A stretch of DNA of 64,000 nt from Felis catus (lineage: Eukaryota), in the NCBI RefSeq assembly GCF_018350175.1, contig NC_058368.1, positions 152,212,001 through 152,276,000 on the forward strand, given 5' to 3'. Position 1 is the stretch's first letter. Each line of letters opens with the position of its first letter. A program made the position numbers and the translations under genes. The notes below the pieces were generated by a model. The model searched no databases and was not told the origin of the DNA. It saw nothing but the letters and a program-made list of their open reading frames with translations. Positions 1 to 12,561 of this stretch are shown one piece after another.

Positions 1-639
1 AACTATCCAAATTGCAAATCATTATATATTTACTTTTTAAGATGGCAAATACAGCGAGATGCTTTCTCTGTAAATGTTCCTTCTCTAGCTCCAATTTCTG
101 AAAGATAAACTTGACTTTTTGTCACAGAATCTCACATTTATGGGTTCTCAAGATATGATTTCACTTTCACTTGAATTAAAGCAAGTATGTTCTTTCTCCT
201 GATGGCCAAACCCCAAAAGGATTAGTTAAGCTGAAGCTGAACAAAGGTACCAAGTCTCAAGAGCACTTATTGGGAATCTAGACATGTCTTGTCACCAGGG
301 TTACAGGAAAATACAGTACCAACCATGGAGATAAGAGACTGAATAAAAAAAAAAACAATTAAAATGTTAAGCTTTCTTTATAATGTGGGAATCAAAAAAA
401 GTAAGACTCCTATTAACATATCTTTATTTAAAATTAACAACCACCCACATTTTTCTGTGTTTTTATGCCATATTTTAAAGAAATAAAGCATTGCAGACAA
501 ACTTAAAGTCGTCTATAGCCACCCCTTATTCCCATTTCATTCCTTTCCTCCCTAAAGGCGAACTCTCTAGGTAGATTTCTACTTCAGAAACCTTTAGTAA
601 ATGCTCAAACTTACTAGTCGCCAGGGAAGTACAAATTAA

Positions 640-1500
640 AATAATGAAATAACAATATACACACATCAGATTGGCCAGAAACTACAAAGTCTAACAGTAT
701 CAAAGCCCAGGTGAATCTTTGGGAAAGAGGGATTCTTTTATCCATCTGATGGGAATGTAAACTTGAAGTTATCTCTCTGGCGAGGAATTTGCCAATACCT
801 GATAAATGTCGAATGTGTTTACCCCATGACAAGGCAATTCCATGACTAGGTTGTGAATATAAACTATTCTTTCCTCTCCCTAGGTATATAGAGGGATTAT
901 ACTCCTCAGTCCCCTTGTCTTTAGGTGGGGCTAGTTCTGGCTAATAACTGAGAGACAGAAATGGGTGTCACATGTTACTGGATATATAATTGTGAGAGAA
1001 AGGCCTCCAAGCTCCTACTTGCCTTGCCAAGATGATCTTGGAAGCATATGCTAATGTGTAGGGAACATAAGATCAAGGCAATCTGGGGAATGCTGAGCCA
1101 AATACATGAGGAAAGCTGCCCTGGGGAGTCACCTGAGTCTGTAAAAGATTTTATATGAGCAAGACACAAATTTCTTTTGTGTTAAGCCACTAAGATTTGG
1201 AGGTAGCTCTCTATGGCAGCACAAATAGCTTACGCAGACAAATAGATAAATATACACATCACACAAAAATTCTCACACATAGACACAAGGAGACATGCAT
1301 CTTAGATGCAACCTTTGCAATAATACAAAATTGATAAATATCTTCATGTTAATGAGTAATGGGACCGATCAGTTTTGGTATATTTATATGATGGTATTGT
1401 AACTATCAGAAAGAAATACAGAAGAATTTTATTTATGTGTATATGGATTAATCAAAAAATAATTTTAAGAGAAGTTGCTGAGTGGTATGTATAATATGAT
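640..1500 (+). mobile_element. Ancient L1 (L1M/L1ME-type) 3' fragment interrupted by an LTR
   Basis: Degenerate L1 ORF2-end motifs (gatgggaatgtaaact, taccccatgacaaggcaattcc); L1-like sequence resumes after ~1245. Confidence 0.55.
852..1243 (+). mobile_element. MaLR solo LTR (old MLT1 family)
   Basis: Begins TGTG; ends with an MLT1-type terminus (ttttgtgttaagccactaagatttggagg...gacaaata). Confidence 0.6.
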
Positions 1501-1789
1501 AATACTAGAATGCCTCAATTAGGACAGGAAATTTACTGTCCTGGTAGGTGATACTAATGGCTCAATAAATATTTGTTAAGTGAATAAATAAATGAATTTC
1601 TATTATTTTGGAAATTTAGAAATACAGTATATACTACATAATATCTATCGGTTTTCTTACATGTAGTAAATAATTTAAAAACATATACTAGAAACATCAT
1701 TTTGTTAACTCATTTTCAGCTGAATAAAGTAACTATGCGATTAGCTTAATTGCCTTGTTACCCCCAAATTAATCTTTCCCTCTGTTAGG

Positions 1790-1985
1790 ATACTCCAATT
1801 TGACATTTGCTGTTGGCTTTAGGTAAGCTACTTAACTTTTCATTGCCACATTCTCCCCACTAGTAAAATAAGATTAAAACATAATATTTGTAATATTCTT
1901 GTGATGATGAAATTAGATAATATATCTAAAGTGCTCAGACCAGAATGTAGCATAACGTAAGCAAACAAAAGCTATTAGCTGCTGT
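1790..1985 (+). mobile_element. MIR SINE
   Basis: MIR core (ggtaagctacttaacttt...gtaaaataag...aaagtgctcagac), followed by a (GTT)n tract to ~2030. Confidence 0.7.
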
Positions 1986-2372
1986 TGTCATTATTGTTGT
2001 CGTTGTTGTTATTGTTGTTGTTGTTATTACTGCCATTATTCCTCATCTGGCCTTTAAAGCATTGATAAGTCTATTTGTAAAATTGTTTTTGCTTGTGAAT
2101 CATGATGTACATAGCTACAGGTTTTAACAAATAAAATTTCCTCTTCTATTTGTCAGCTTCTTGGCAATATATTAGGTTTGTAAGTAAACTGTTCCAATAT
2201 CTACACATTTATAATAACAAGGAATCCAAGGGTCTACCTAAACTTTTGAAGCTGAGATACAATGGGAAAAGAAAATTGGTTAAAGAGAGAAGTTTTGAGA
2301 CATTGGCTTTCTGTTCTTAACAGTTTCCCAAATTGTTCTATTTCACACTGCAAAGCTGGGTTAAAAAATGAT

Positions 2373-2374
<2 letters not shown>

Positions 2375-2439
<65 letters not shown>

Positions 2440-2443
2440 CAGA

Positions 2444-2478
<35 letters not shown>

Positions 2479-2500
2479 GTACCAAAAAAAAAAAAAAAAA
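2375..2500. repeat. Compound microsatellite (TG)23-(AG)n followed by A17
   Basis: TG 2375-2420, AG with AC interruptions 2421-2478, poly-A 2484-2500. Confidence 0.97.
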
Positions 2501-3955
2501 GAACACTGCCATTAGCCAGCTGAAATTTTGAGGTTACATGAGTTGGCTATGTGTAGAAGTTCAAAATTCAAACTATTTTCTCCACTACTGATAATTAACT
2601 TTAGTTTGGGACTGTACTGTTAGTGACACTTTAACAAATCAATGACCCTCAAGAGCAGTCTTACCAAACTTCATGATCACCTAAACAGAATCTCTTACAT
2701 TAACCCTTCACAATTACCTTTCTTTTCTGTTTCTCATCGACAACTTCTTAGGATCTAATGTGAAGACAAATTGGCCATATTTGGTTTTTTGTAATTTGTA
2801 ATAAGATTGAATGTTAATTCCTACATCGCTTTGTTTTGAGTCATGTTAAAAAGTTGTAATCAATAGCAGACATCTGTTCACCACACCTTATTTCTTCAGA
2901 TAGAGTGTTCCTTTTAGAAACATGCATCAGTAAGGAAGTGACAGTAGATATCCCAAACAAGTATCAGTTTGTAACGTTCTACTTTAAAAGAACATGGTTA
3001 TTTTACTGTTTCATGTGGAAGAATTTTTGACTACTCTGTACGCACCTGCAATTAAAATATTAGATATGAATTATTTTTAAAAACTAAGAGACTCAAATAT
3101 CAGGCAATGAAGCTTACCTTGTAGCTAAAGTTCAGTGTGAAAACTAGTAACATAAATATATTGTGTCCATTGTACAGTTTTTGTTTGTATGCTTTGAGCT
3201 CTCTGTTCTATGCTAGTACCCATAATTGATAAGTATGTTTGTTGAAAATAAAGCAGGTAAATATTAGAGATTTTAATTTTCAGAAAGTAAATACTGCTTT
3301 GCCACTAAACTTTATTCTTGGAGAGTTTTATATCTTAAAGACTTGGACAGAAATAAAAGCTCATTAACAGAATACTTTTTACCCAAACCACTCCAACTTC
3401 ATCATTTTGAATCACAGCTCATTAAAACAATTATAATCAAATGTTTCATTTCTTTTTTTCCCTTATGAGAAACAGCTGAAAAGGTTATGTTTGTTTTTCC
3501 TTATCTAAATCTTTGGGGTGATATAAACAGGCTACATAGATTTGTGTGCTGTTTTTCATTTATGTTTCAAACTGTCTCTGATGCTAGTTTGAATTATTTC
3601 ATATTTATCTTAACATTATTTCAACACACTTTCAGAACTTGGTGTTATGAGCATAGTTAAATTAACAAGACATTTAATACCATCCTCTCAAAATTCAAAT
3701 ATTGGCAGATGATTACTTAATGGAATTCAGTTACATTCTCCTGCAGGTGTATTCTATTTTGGACTTCTCTAAAGCTGTAAGAGGATAAAATCTCAATGGT
3801 TAGTTTTAAGTCCCCCTTTATACTCTGAAGTACAATATAACACACCAGGTTAACTTCAGCAACCCTGCACAACATCAACAACAACAACAACAACAAAACC
3901 CACTCTGACTACAGGTAACTCAGCTAATCCAGAAGTAAATAAAGCCATATGAATA

Positions 3956-3996
3956 GAGCCACAGTCATCTAACTGTGAGCCACAGTCATCTAACTG
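3956..3996. repeat. Tandem duplication, 21-bp period
   Basis: gagccacagtcatctaactg occurs twice, separated by one T. Confidence 0.95.
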
Positions 3997-4930
3997 AAAT
4001 ATCCCCAATCTTTCCTTGTATTATCTTGTATTTACTTATTCATTTTCAATACATATAAATTAAGTATAAGTCTATATTTAAGATTTCATTCAGATTGACC
4101 CACCCTAGGTCTGTGAATTGACACCTAACACGCGACTTGTCACTAGAAAGACACTTTCGGCAGAAGTCTGGCATCTGACTGCAACCTCTCCTAACAATGG
4201 TATTCCACTATATTCTGCTATATTTACAGGATCCTCTCATCTTTGTTAACCATTCCAACAATATGTATAGGTAGGGTTTTAATTAACAATTAACAAGTGA
4301 ACGATTACTGACTTAACTTGGCAAGGCTCTAGATGTAAAACTAAATATCTTGCATCACAACCTAGGCAGTGAAGGCAAATCTTTTGTACTTTAAGACTAA
4401 ATATTCATAAAGAAATTATTCTATGTACAGTACTGTTCAAAGTGCTACGGAGAAGCATATAACAGAAAAAAGTCCTCTTCCTGAAGCTCATGTAACCATA
4501 GCAGAAGCACATCAAAATTCTTTAAGAATACGGCATGTACAAGCTTCTTTTTCACCAGTTCTTTCCTGGTGACATAGGCTACAGACACGTTAGTCACTTT
4601 ATACATAAAAAAAAGAAGAAGAAGAAAAGAAAAGTAAATTTTCTTTTCATGTAGGCTAAACTACACTGTTTTCCAACATTTTTTTCTTTAAAGTATATCC
4701 AATCCAACTAAATGATAGTGTAGGCGATAGAAAGCATCTAAGTGAATAAGATCAAAATTCCAGGTTACTATTAATAACTGGATACATCTTCCTTTTTAAG
4801 TTTCAAATCATGAATAATTCCAAAGGGGGATAACAGTGTACCTTGATGTTTAAGAACCTGAACTGAGTAGACTTTGCTCAGATGACATGGATTTCTTTCT
4901 AATGCACTTATTTTTTAAGTGGTCAATAAA

Positions 4931-5156
4931 GGGGCACCTGGGTGGCTCATTAGATTAAGCCTCCAACTTTGGCTCAGGTCATGTTCTCACAGTTTGTGAG
5001 TGTGAACCCCACATGCGGCTCTGTGCTGACAGCTCAGAGCCTGAAGCCTGCTTTGGATTCCGTGTCTCCCTCTCTCTATCTTTCTGCCCCTCCCCTGCCT
5101 ACACTCCCATCTCTCTCTGTCTCTCAAAAATAAATAAACGTTAAAAAAAATTTAAA
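4931..5156 (+). mobile_element. CanSINE (SINEC_Fc type)
   Basis: ggggcacctgggtggctca head, ggctcaggtcatg, (CT)n region, aaaaataaataaacgttaaaa tail. Confidence 0.95.
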
Positions 5157-5579
5157 TATGACAGATTTATCATTATACCAGCATTTTCTATAATCAAGAT
5201 CACATGTAATTGATCACTGATTATTGGACCAATATCTATTAACTTTAAAAAATGAAATTAATTCCATGTTCACCTTCATGCTATAGATAAATGTACATTG
5301 CAAAGTTTTACCTGAATCTCAATGGACATTTAGACAAGTTGAATTCAATGGCATGGAAAATAAAAAATGTACTAAAACATATTGAGACCTGGAAGAAATA
5401 GCTTCATCATGTAAATGAAAAATGTGAAGCCCACGAGGCAAATGACTTGCTGAAGGTCAAGTTACAAGTTATAAGCGGTACGTGAATCCCGATATTCTGA
5501 TTCTTAATTTAGCTTTTATTCATTCAAACCAAACGTTCCAGTTATCATAATTATGTAAAAATGACCCTCAAACTCTGAA

Positions 5580-6048
5580 ACTTTACTTCATACCCTCTAA
5601 GATGGTTATAATCAAAAAGACATACATTAACAAGTGTTGGTAAGGATGTGGAGAAATTGGAACCCTCATATATTGCTGAGAAGAATGTAAAACAACACAG
5701 CCATTTTGGAAAATATGTTCAAAACATTGAACATACACATCTACTTATGACTCAACAATCTGACACTAAAATTGCTAAAAAGTTAGATATCATATGTTTT
5801 CACTCATATGTGGATCTTGAGAAACTTAACAGAAGACCATGGCGGAAGGGAAGGGAAAAAAAATAGTTACAAACAGAGAGTGAAGGAGGCAAACCATAAG
5901 AGACTCTTAAATACAGAGAACAAACTGAGGGGGGATGGAAGAGAGGGGAAAATGCATGATGGGCATTGAGGAGGGCACTTGGTGGGATGCACACTGCCAA
6001 GAGCACACTTTACACACTGTATGTTAGCCAAGTTGACAATAAATCATA

Positions 6049-6084
<36 letters not shown>

Positions 6085-6495
6085 GTTAAAACAACCCAAA
6101 TGTCCATCAACTAACAAGAAATATTTCATACCACGGAATATTTTCAGTCATAAGATGAGTGAAACATTGATAACCTGATATAATATAGATGACCCTTAAA
6201 AACATTATGCTAAGTTAAAGAAGCCACAAAAGGCCACATATCATTCCATTGATACAACATGTACAAAATAGGCAAATCCAGAGAAATAAAAGACACATTA
6301 ATGTTTGCTACAGGATAAGAAGAGAAGAATGGGGAGTGACTGCAAATGGATATAGGGTTTCTTTTTCTAATGATGAAATGTTCTTAAATTAGATAGCAGC
6401 GATAGTTACACAAACTTGTGAATATACTAAAAACCACTGAAATTTACACTTTGAAATAGTGAAATTTATAGCAACTGAATTATATCTTAAATAAT
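5580..6495 (+). mobile_element. Old L1 (L1MB-like) 3' end, hosting a younger L1 fragment
   Basis: aacaagtgttggtaaggatgtggagaaattggaaccctcat ORF2-end motif; acaacccaaatgtccatcaact; L1MB-like 3' UTR ending tgaattatatct. Confidence 0.85.
5786..6082 (+). mobile_element. Carnivore/felid L1 3' fragment nested in the older L1
   Basis: Resembles the 3' UTR of the L1 at 20460-20720; (TAAA)n tail; short candidate TSD aagtta on both sides. Confidence 0.85.
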
Positions 6496-6589
6496 ATAAT
6501 TAATATAATCAAATAAAATATCTCAATGAAAATTAATTTTAAAAGACTTAAAACTACACTAATGTGTATTTCCTGATGAATCTGTAGTA

Positions 6590-7038
6590 TTGTCAGGGCT
6601 TTTTGTGAAATCAGAGTTGGCTAGTACTGCTCAAAGTCTGAGATCTGGAGTTATCTGGAGGCTCACTTACCCACACACCCGGTGCCAGGGCTGAGACTTA
6701 TAGAGCTAGGGCTGGAACGGCTGGAGATCCTCTGTGTCTATACTAGTTTTAAGGCAGCCATACTTCCTACATGGCAATTTTGGCTTCCTTTGTCATATAC
6801 CTTGAGAGAGAAACAGACAGAAGCCTTTCATGACTGAGTTTCTGAAGTCATGAAGCATTACTTTTGCCACTTTGTCCTGGAAGAGACAGTTGTTGTATAC
6901 AGGTTGGCCCTGGCTCAAGGGGGAAAGAATGTAGAACCTACCTCTCAGTGGAAGAATGTCAATATTACACTGCAAGAAAGGCATGTGGCCTGGGATATAT
7001 ACTGGTGCACCTATCTTTGGAAAACGAAATCTGCCACA
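6590..7038 (-). mobile_element. MaLR solo LTR (old MLT1)
   Basis: Ends aatctgccaca (TGTGGCAG on minus); gaagtca...cattacttttgccac motif typical of old MLT1. Confidence 0.65.
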
Positions 7039-7789
7039 CCAAGAAATCAAAGTCTACTATATTAATATGTGTATGTCTTCTGGGGAGAGAGTATGACAAA
7101 ATAGAAATAACAAAGGCATCAATTGGGCAGAAGAGATCAAATGAAATATTGGCCAGTTGGAACCAACTTTTTGGTGATGCCAACAAAATAATTTCCCTTT
7201 CCCTCTTGGAAATTTCCAGCCCACACTTACACCCTACACTACTCACTCTTCACTAGTTTCTAAAATTTTCTTGATAAGGAAGAAGTATTTAGTAATTCCT
7301 GGCCTCAGTTCTATTTTCTCTATTCAATTTAGGTAACTATGTTTTAGTGTCTTGGATTTGTAGTTTTCTTTTACAAACTATAGGAACACTAAGTAATCTT
7401 CAGCAAGGTGGAAAATTATCTAAAATATGGATTATGAGGGAAATCTTAGTACTTTCCCCTCCCCCAAAAATAAAAAATCAATAATAAATAGAAACTCATC
7501 TTTACTTACCAACCCAAATTCTTTCTGAATTCTGAGCTTCCCTGAAGGTATGCTTCACCCATACAGATAATAAGAATTTGAAAGCAATGGGAGAATGAAG
7601 GTAGGTAGGTAGGTAGGCAGATAGATAAATGGATAAAGTGACACCACGATTCTAAGTTTTTGTTTACTTGGTATTTTTTCTCTGAATTTGAGTAATTTAA
7701 TCTTCCCAAATCTAAAGCTATATTTAGACAAAAGTCATTTTGTCCACAATAGGTGCTATTTAACCCTCTGCTTTAATTAGGATATGAAA

Positions 7790-8206
7790 GGCTATACTAT
7801 GATAACATATTAGAAGAATAACATAAGCTCAAAATCTTAGTGACTTGATAAAAGTTTATTTTTCTATTATGCTAAGCCAGCTACAAACCTAGGCAACTCT
7901 TGACACAGCTATCCTCCAATCAAAAACCTGGAAATGTAGGCTGATTTCACTTTATGATTTACCATCTCAATCCCTCAGGAACCCAGGGACTGCTTCCAGA
8001 ATCCTTCAGACAGAAGAGACTCTAGAGAAACCAGGAGGACCTTTCATATCCTCAGACTAGGAGCATCACACACGACTTTTGCTCATGTGGCACTAGTTAG
8101 AATTAGAAACTAGTCCCTACTATCTGCAAGGTAATTGAGAAGTGTATCCTTCTTCGAAGAAGAAAAGGATAATCATATATTAATGAATCATAGAGATGTT
8201 CACCAC
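7790..8206 (-). mobile_element. MaLR solo LTR (MLT1K/L-like)
   Basis: caaaatcttagtgactt...aaagtttatttttct start and ttcaccaca end. Confidence 0.55.
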
Positions 8207-9029
8207 AATTTATTTTGGTTCCTAATTCACTGGAAAAGGAAACACTTAAGTAAATTCATTGGTATTTTTCTCAGACACCCACACTGAAAATTCTAATGGT
8301 CTGAATCTTTCAAAGGTCCATAGTTACTACACTGAGTACTGTAGAAATCTCCTCGATGCACACCAAAAAAGCCGAGGGTGAAATGGTTAGTAGATGTCTT
8401 CTATCAGCACAAAGATGGTGTTTGTATTTGTAATGGCTCTAGAATTTCTGGATAAGAATACTTTTAAAATAGCAATTTCTAGGGAAAAGGAGCTAGGGCA
8501 TTTACCTTAAAGGTGAATTTTCATAGCAAGCGCACTCCATTTATCAAATTGTATGCTGATAGAGATTTGTGGGCTACTAAACTGCTGACATCTTTTATGT
8601 TAACCTTTCAGTTTAATTTATGTTAACCCGTGACTACTTTTTTAACCTGTGACTATTAATTTTTATTAACCTTTAACATTTTCAACTAAATATATTTGTC
8701 TCATCTATTTAATTTAGATGTCACACAGATTACTAAATGTGACCTATGCCCAAAGCGATCACATCTTGCTTTCCATGGCTCTGTCCGCTAATGCTGTCCA
8801 TTCGGTCTTCTGAAGTAATCTGTTACAGTACACTCTTATGATTGGTGTTCTATGAACCAACTGCTATGCTATCTTGTAAACTGAAAACCAGTTAAATATG
8901 CAAGCACAGTTCAGGTGACTCCAATATGCAATCTGTAAAATATCATTAGAGGTGATAATCTTAATTCTTAAATATTTTAGAATTATAAAGTCCACTGAGC
9001 TACACTAGAAATAATAATCTCCACTGAGT

Positions 9030-9280
9030 AATAATTTCTAGAATTTATTGAACACTTACTATAAGCCAGACACTACTCTAAATACTATCAAGCACCTTCC
9101 AGTACATACTTTAGAGCTGCTAATCAGCACAACTCTGAGATAGGTACTAGGATTTTCCAATTTCATGGATAAAGAGGTATGTAACTTGCCCCAAGGATAC
9201 AGTTAGGTAATCATCAAGTCAAGAGTTCAGATGCAGACATTCTATTCAAGAGACTTTTATCCTCTATTCTATGTGCAGTT
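9030..9280 (-). mobile_element. MIR SINE
   Basis: atttattgaacacttactataagccagacact...gagataggtact...gtaacttgccccaagg. Confidence 0.75.
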
Positions 9281-12200
9281 TAGATAAAGTGGTGATTTGT
9301 AACCACAGGAAAGACTTGGGAGTGCTGGTTACGGTTTGATTTACCATATCAAACCTGTGGTTTGATTTATTTTGTTCTCTCTTCCTCTCTCATTCCATCC
9401 ATCCCAGCTTAATAAATTCTACAACAATCTACTTTTCCATTTCCATCTACCACATCATGTTTGGAGCCTGTAAGACTTAGAATTGAAAAAAGAAAAAAAA
9501 AAACAGCAAAAGAAACAAGCCAATTACTTATGGAAGCTTAATGTGCTTCCAGACCCTGATCTCAAATCCCAGTTAATACTACTCTGGAAATGATTCACCA
9601 GCAGGGATATAATGCCTCTTATTTGTGAACATAGGGGAATGATTTAATACCTCATGGTTCCCTATCGCAAATGTCACAAGGACATGAAGATAGATTAGAG
9701 TAGAGATACTGAGAAAAGCTGTGTTGGGGAAACGGAAAAGCTTTCCTGTGTAAGGAAAGCTGAATCACCTGAAAGTCTCCAGAAAAAAAAACTGGAAAAT
9801 GGGCCCCTCAATAAGAACTCATTACATTTCTTCCTTTATTCTTGAAGTTTGCAGTATTTCTAGAAATTTAGAAAAAATTTGAGGATAATAAATATTTGAA
9901 ATTCCTTCAAGTGTCCTTCAAAATTTGACTTCCTTGAAGAGTTATCACTAGGCACCCAAATATTTAGGGTAAGAGTGCATTGAAAAGGAGACACAAGAGA
10001 GTCTAAATGTAAGGGGATATAAACACAATATTCAGATTTTCTTTGGAAATTGGAAGTACAAAAACATGCTTTGGGAAACTGCTTAATCCATTACGGCCAA
10101 GCCCAAGCCTGCAAAGTGCTGAAGTCTGATACTGCAGACATCCTAATGGCCCTAACTTGATTATCCAACCTTCTGGGTTTTTTTTATAATTTTCCCCAAA
10201 ACCTTCTTTTCTTCCCTCTACAAGTCCAAATAGTATCCCTCACTTGAGACCAGTTTTTCTCACCACTTCCTTGATGGAGTTGTCTCCAAATCTTTGAGCT
10301 CGTATGAGTTTCCTCTTTTTCATAAGGATTCTTGGACACTTCAGTGCCTAACAATAGCTGTTAGGTTTAACTACTATGATAAAATCATTAATTCCTTTTT
10401 ACTCGAACACTGAATTTAGTTTTCCTACTATCACTCACAGGATATGATACTGTGTTTTCCAACAAGTAAGACCTCAACAAGTATGTCTTGGATTTAACTG
10501 AATTTTTGTTGCTGTTTTGCTAATCTTCCATATTTGGAAGTATTAGAAGGTAGCTGTTACAATTTTTATGATCATACAGTGTTAGCAAAATTATATGTCA
10601 TGTCTTTTAGTTACACTTTACTCTGGGAAGCACTGACAATAAAAGTAATAGATTTTACTTATCAATTTAACTTCGCCAATGGAAAGGCAAATCTTCATTT
10701 AAAAGTAAACTGACTTGTATGTTACATTTGAATTTCAAAAAGAAAATCATTGTACATTTATACTTTTGAAAATCTGGATTCCTTAAAAAGAAAATTGGGA
10801 TGTCTTCCAGTGAAAACTGCTTCAGAAAGCACTACTTAAGAATAGAGTTTGTACTGACCCTAGATTTTTTTTAAAAATACCCAAATTTAAGAAACAGTCA
10901 CAAAAAAATTAGTTATCATAAAACTCTTCTAACTAATTCCAGCTCTCAAGATTATTGCTAATCATACAAATATAAGCATTGATTGAAAATAAGAACAAAT
11001 TTCTGACATGTTCGATCTGAAGCCTCTGTGCCATTGGACATTGAATTTATTCCAAAATGAATTAGTTTATCTAGCAATGTCAAGCTGTCAATGAAACTAT
11101 CATTCACCTTTCTAAAATTGTCAAGTTTTATAAGAAAAACAACTTCTAAAAGAAGGAGAACTAATAAGAACCATGGCACAGTACTAAAATGGCCTTTTGA
11201 AAATGGAGTACTTAAGAAATGCTCTATAGGTTATTAATGCCTAACTTTATTTCCTGACTTGAAATTAACATTTAACAATCTTTCTCTTGAATCTTAAGCT
11301 CTGAGCTCAGGATTTCTTCGGCTTACGTTTTTTTTTTTTTTTTTCTTATCAAAGTCTTATTTGGAGAAATGTGGCAATTGTGGCAATCCGATTCCCATCA
11401 TTATATAGCCTATTATGAAGTGAAATCTAGAACTATCCTTGATTGCTCTGCTCTTTGTCAAGAAAACCATTATCACATTTCCTGTTCCAGCTATGATATA
11501 ATTACAACCAGTCATATTCTTTTGTGTCTACTCAAGTTTTACTGTTTTTTTAAACAACATAAGCAATCTGGCTATTTTAACACATATACCTCTCTGGATT
11601 TGTAATGAAGGCTGTTGAGTCTATCGTTATTGAGATTTAACTGAACAAATCATTTTCATGGGAAAATAGAACCTCTGAAAGATGCATAAAATTAAGAGGT
11701 ATGCATGGCCTCTATTATTTTTATGTTGGAGCTAATTAATGCCAGCATGAGCAATTAGCAAAAGGTAATAGTATCCTGACTATAATACACATTGCTCATG
11801 ATAAGCTAATAACTCTAATATTAACTACTGGTCCTCTGTCCCCATTAGATTTGTGTTTGCTCCAAAACTGAAAGGGATTATTAGAGTTTTAAAAACCAAG
11901 AAAGCAGACAAATAAAAACAGTCAAATGGTCCTCCCTTTTTCCCTTGTAATACGAGATTAGATAATATTTTTGCCTTTTATCTCTGAAAGCTTTAAAAAT
12001 GCATTGTATGAGCAACCTCTAAAAAAAATTGAATTCTTTTTTTTTTTTTGCTTCAGCTGCATTTATCAATGAGTAATGCATCATCCAAATACATTTTAGA
12101 AATTAGACCTTGTATTCCATTATGCATTTAGACATTTATAGGTGGATGATAAACCTGTGTGCACCTCTGGGGGGTTAGACTTATAAATCAGTGTTCACTG

Positions 12201-12561
12201 TAAAAATATTATTCTCCTATTTGAAGTTATTGGGGTTCTATATCTTGTTCTTCTGGCTTTTCCAAAGAAATATAAATTCTTATGAAAGAAAAAGATATAA
12301 ATATTTGATTTAATGTAAAATGTACCTTTTCCTTTATTAAAGCATACTGGGTGACATGGGTCTCCTTCTAGAACTCCAGATGATTTACTAAACTCCCCAC
12401 TAACAAAAGATTCAGAACAATAGTCTCTCCCACAGGGAGACCTCTTATCACCGTGAATCCTACAACTTCCTTAATAACTTCCTTAATTATTTTTAGAAAA
12501 TGTTTTTAAATAAAATTGTAGGAAACTAACCTATTCATCTACCGTTCTGTAGCTATAAACT

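Noticed and set aside
2262..2531. Low-complexity ORFs (also 18538-18810 and 37705-38025)
   Set aside because: They are translations of microsatellites.
7504..7545. Strong minus-strand donor TTG|GTAAGT with a possible 32-nt exon
   Set aside because: The acceptor is weak and there is no other support; isolated donor motifs are common.
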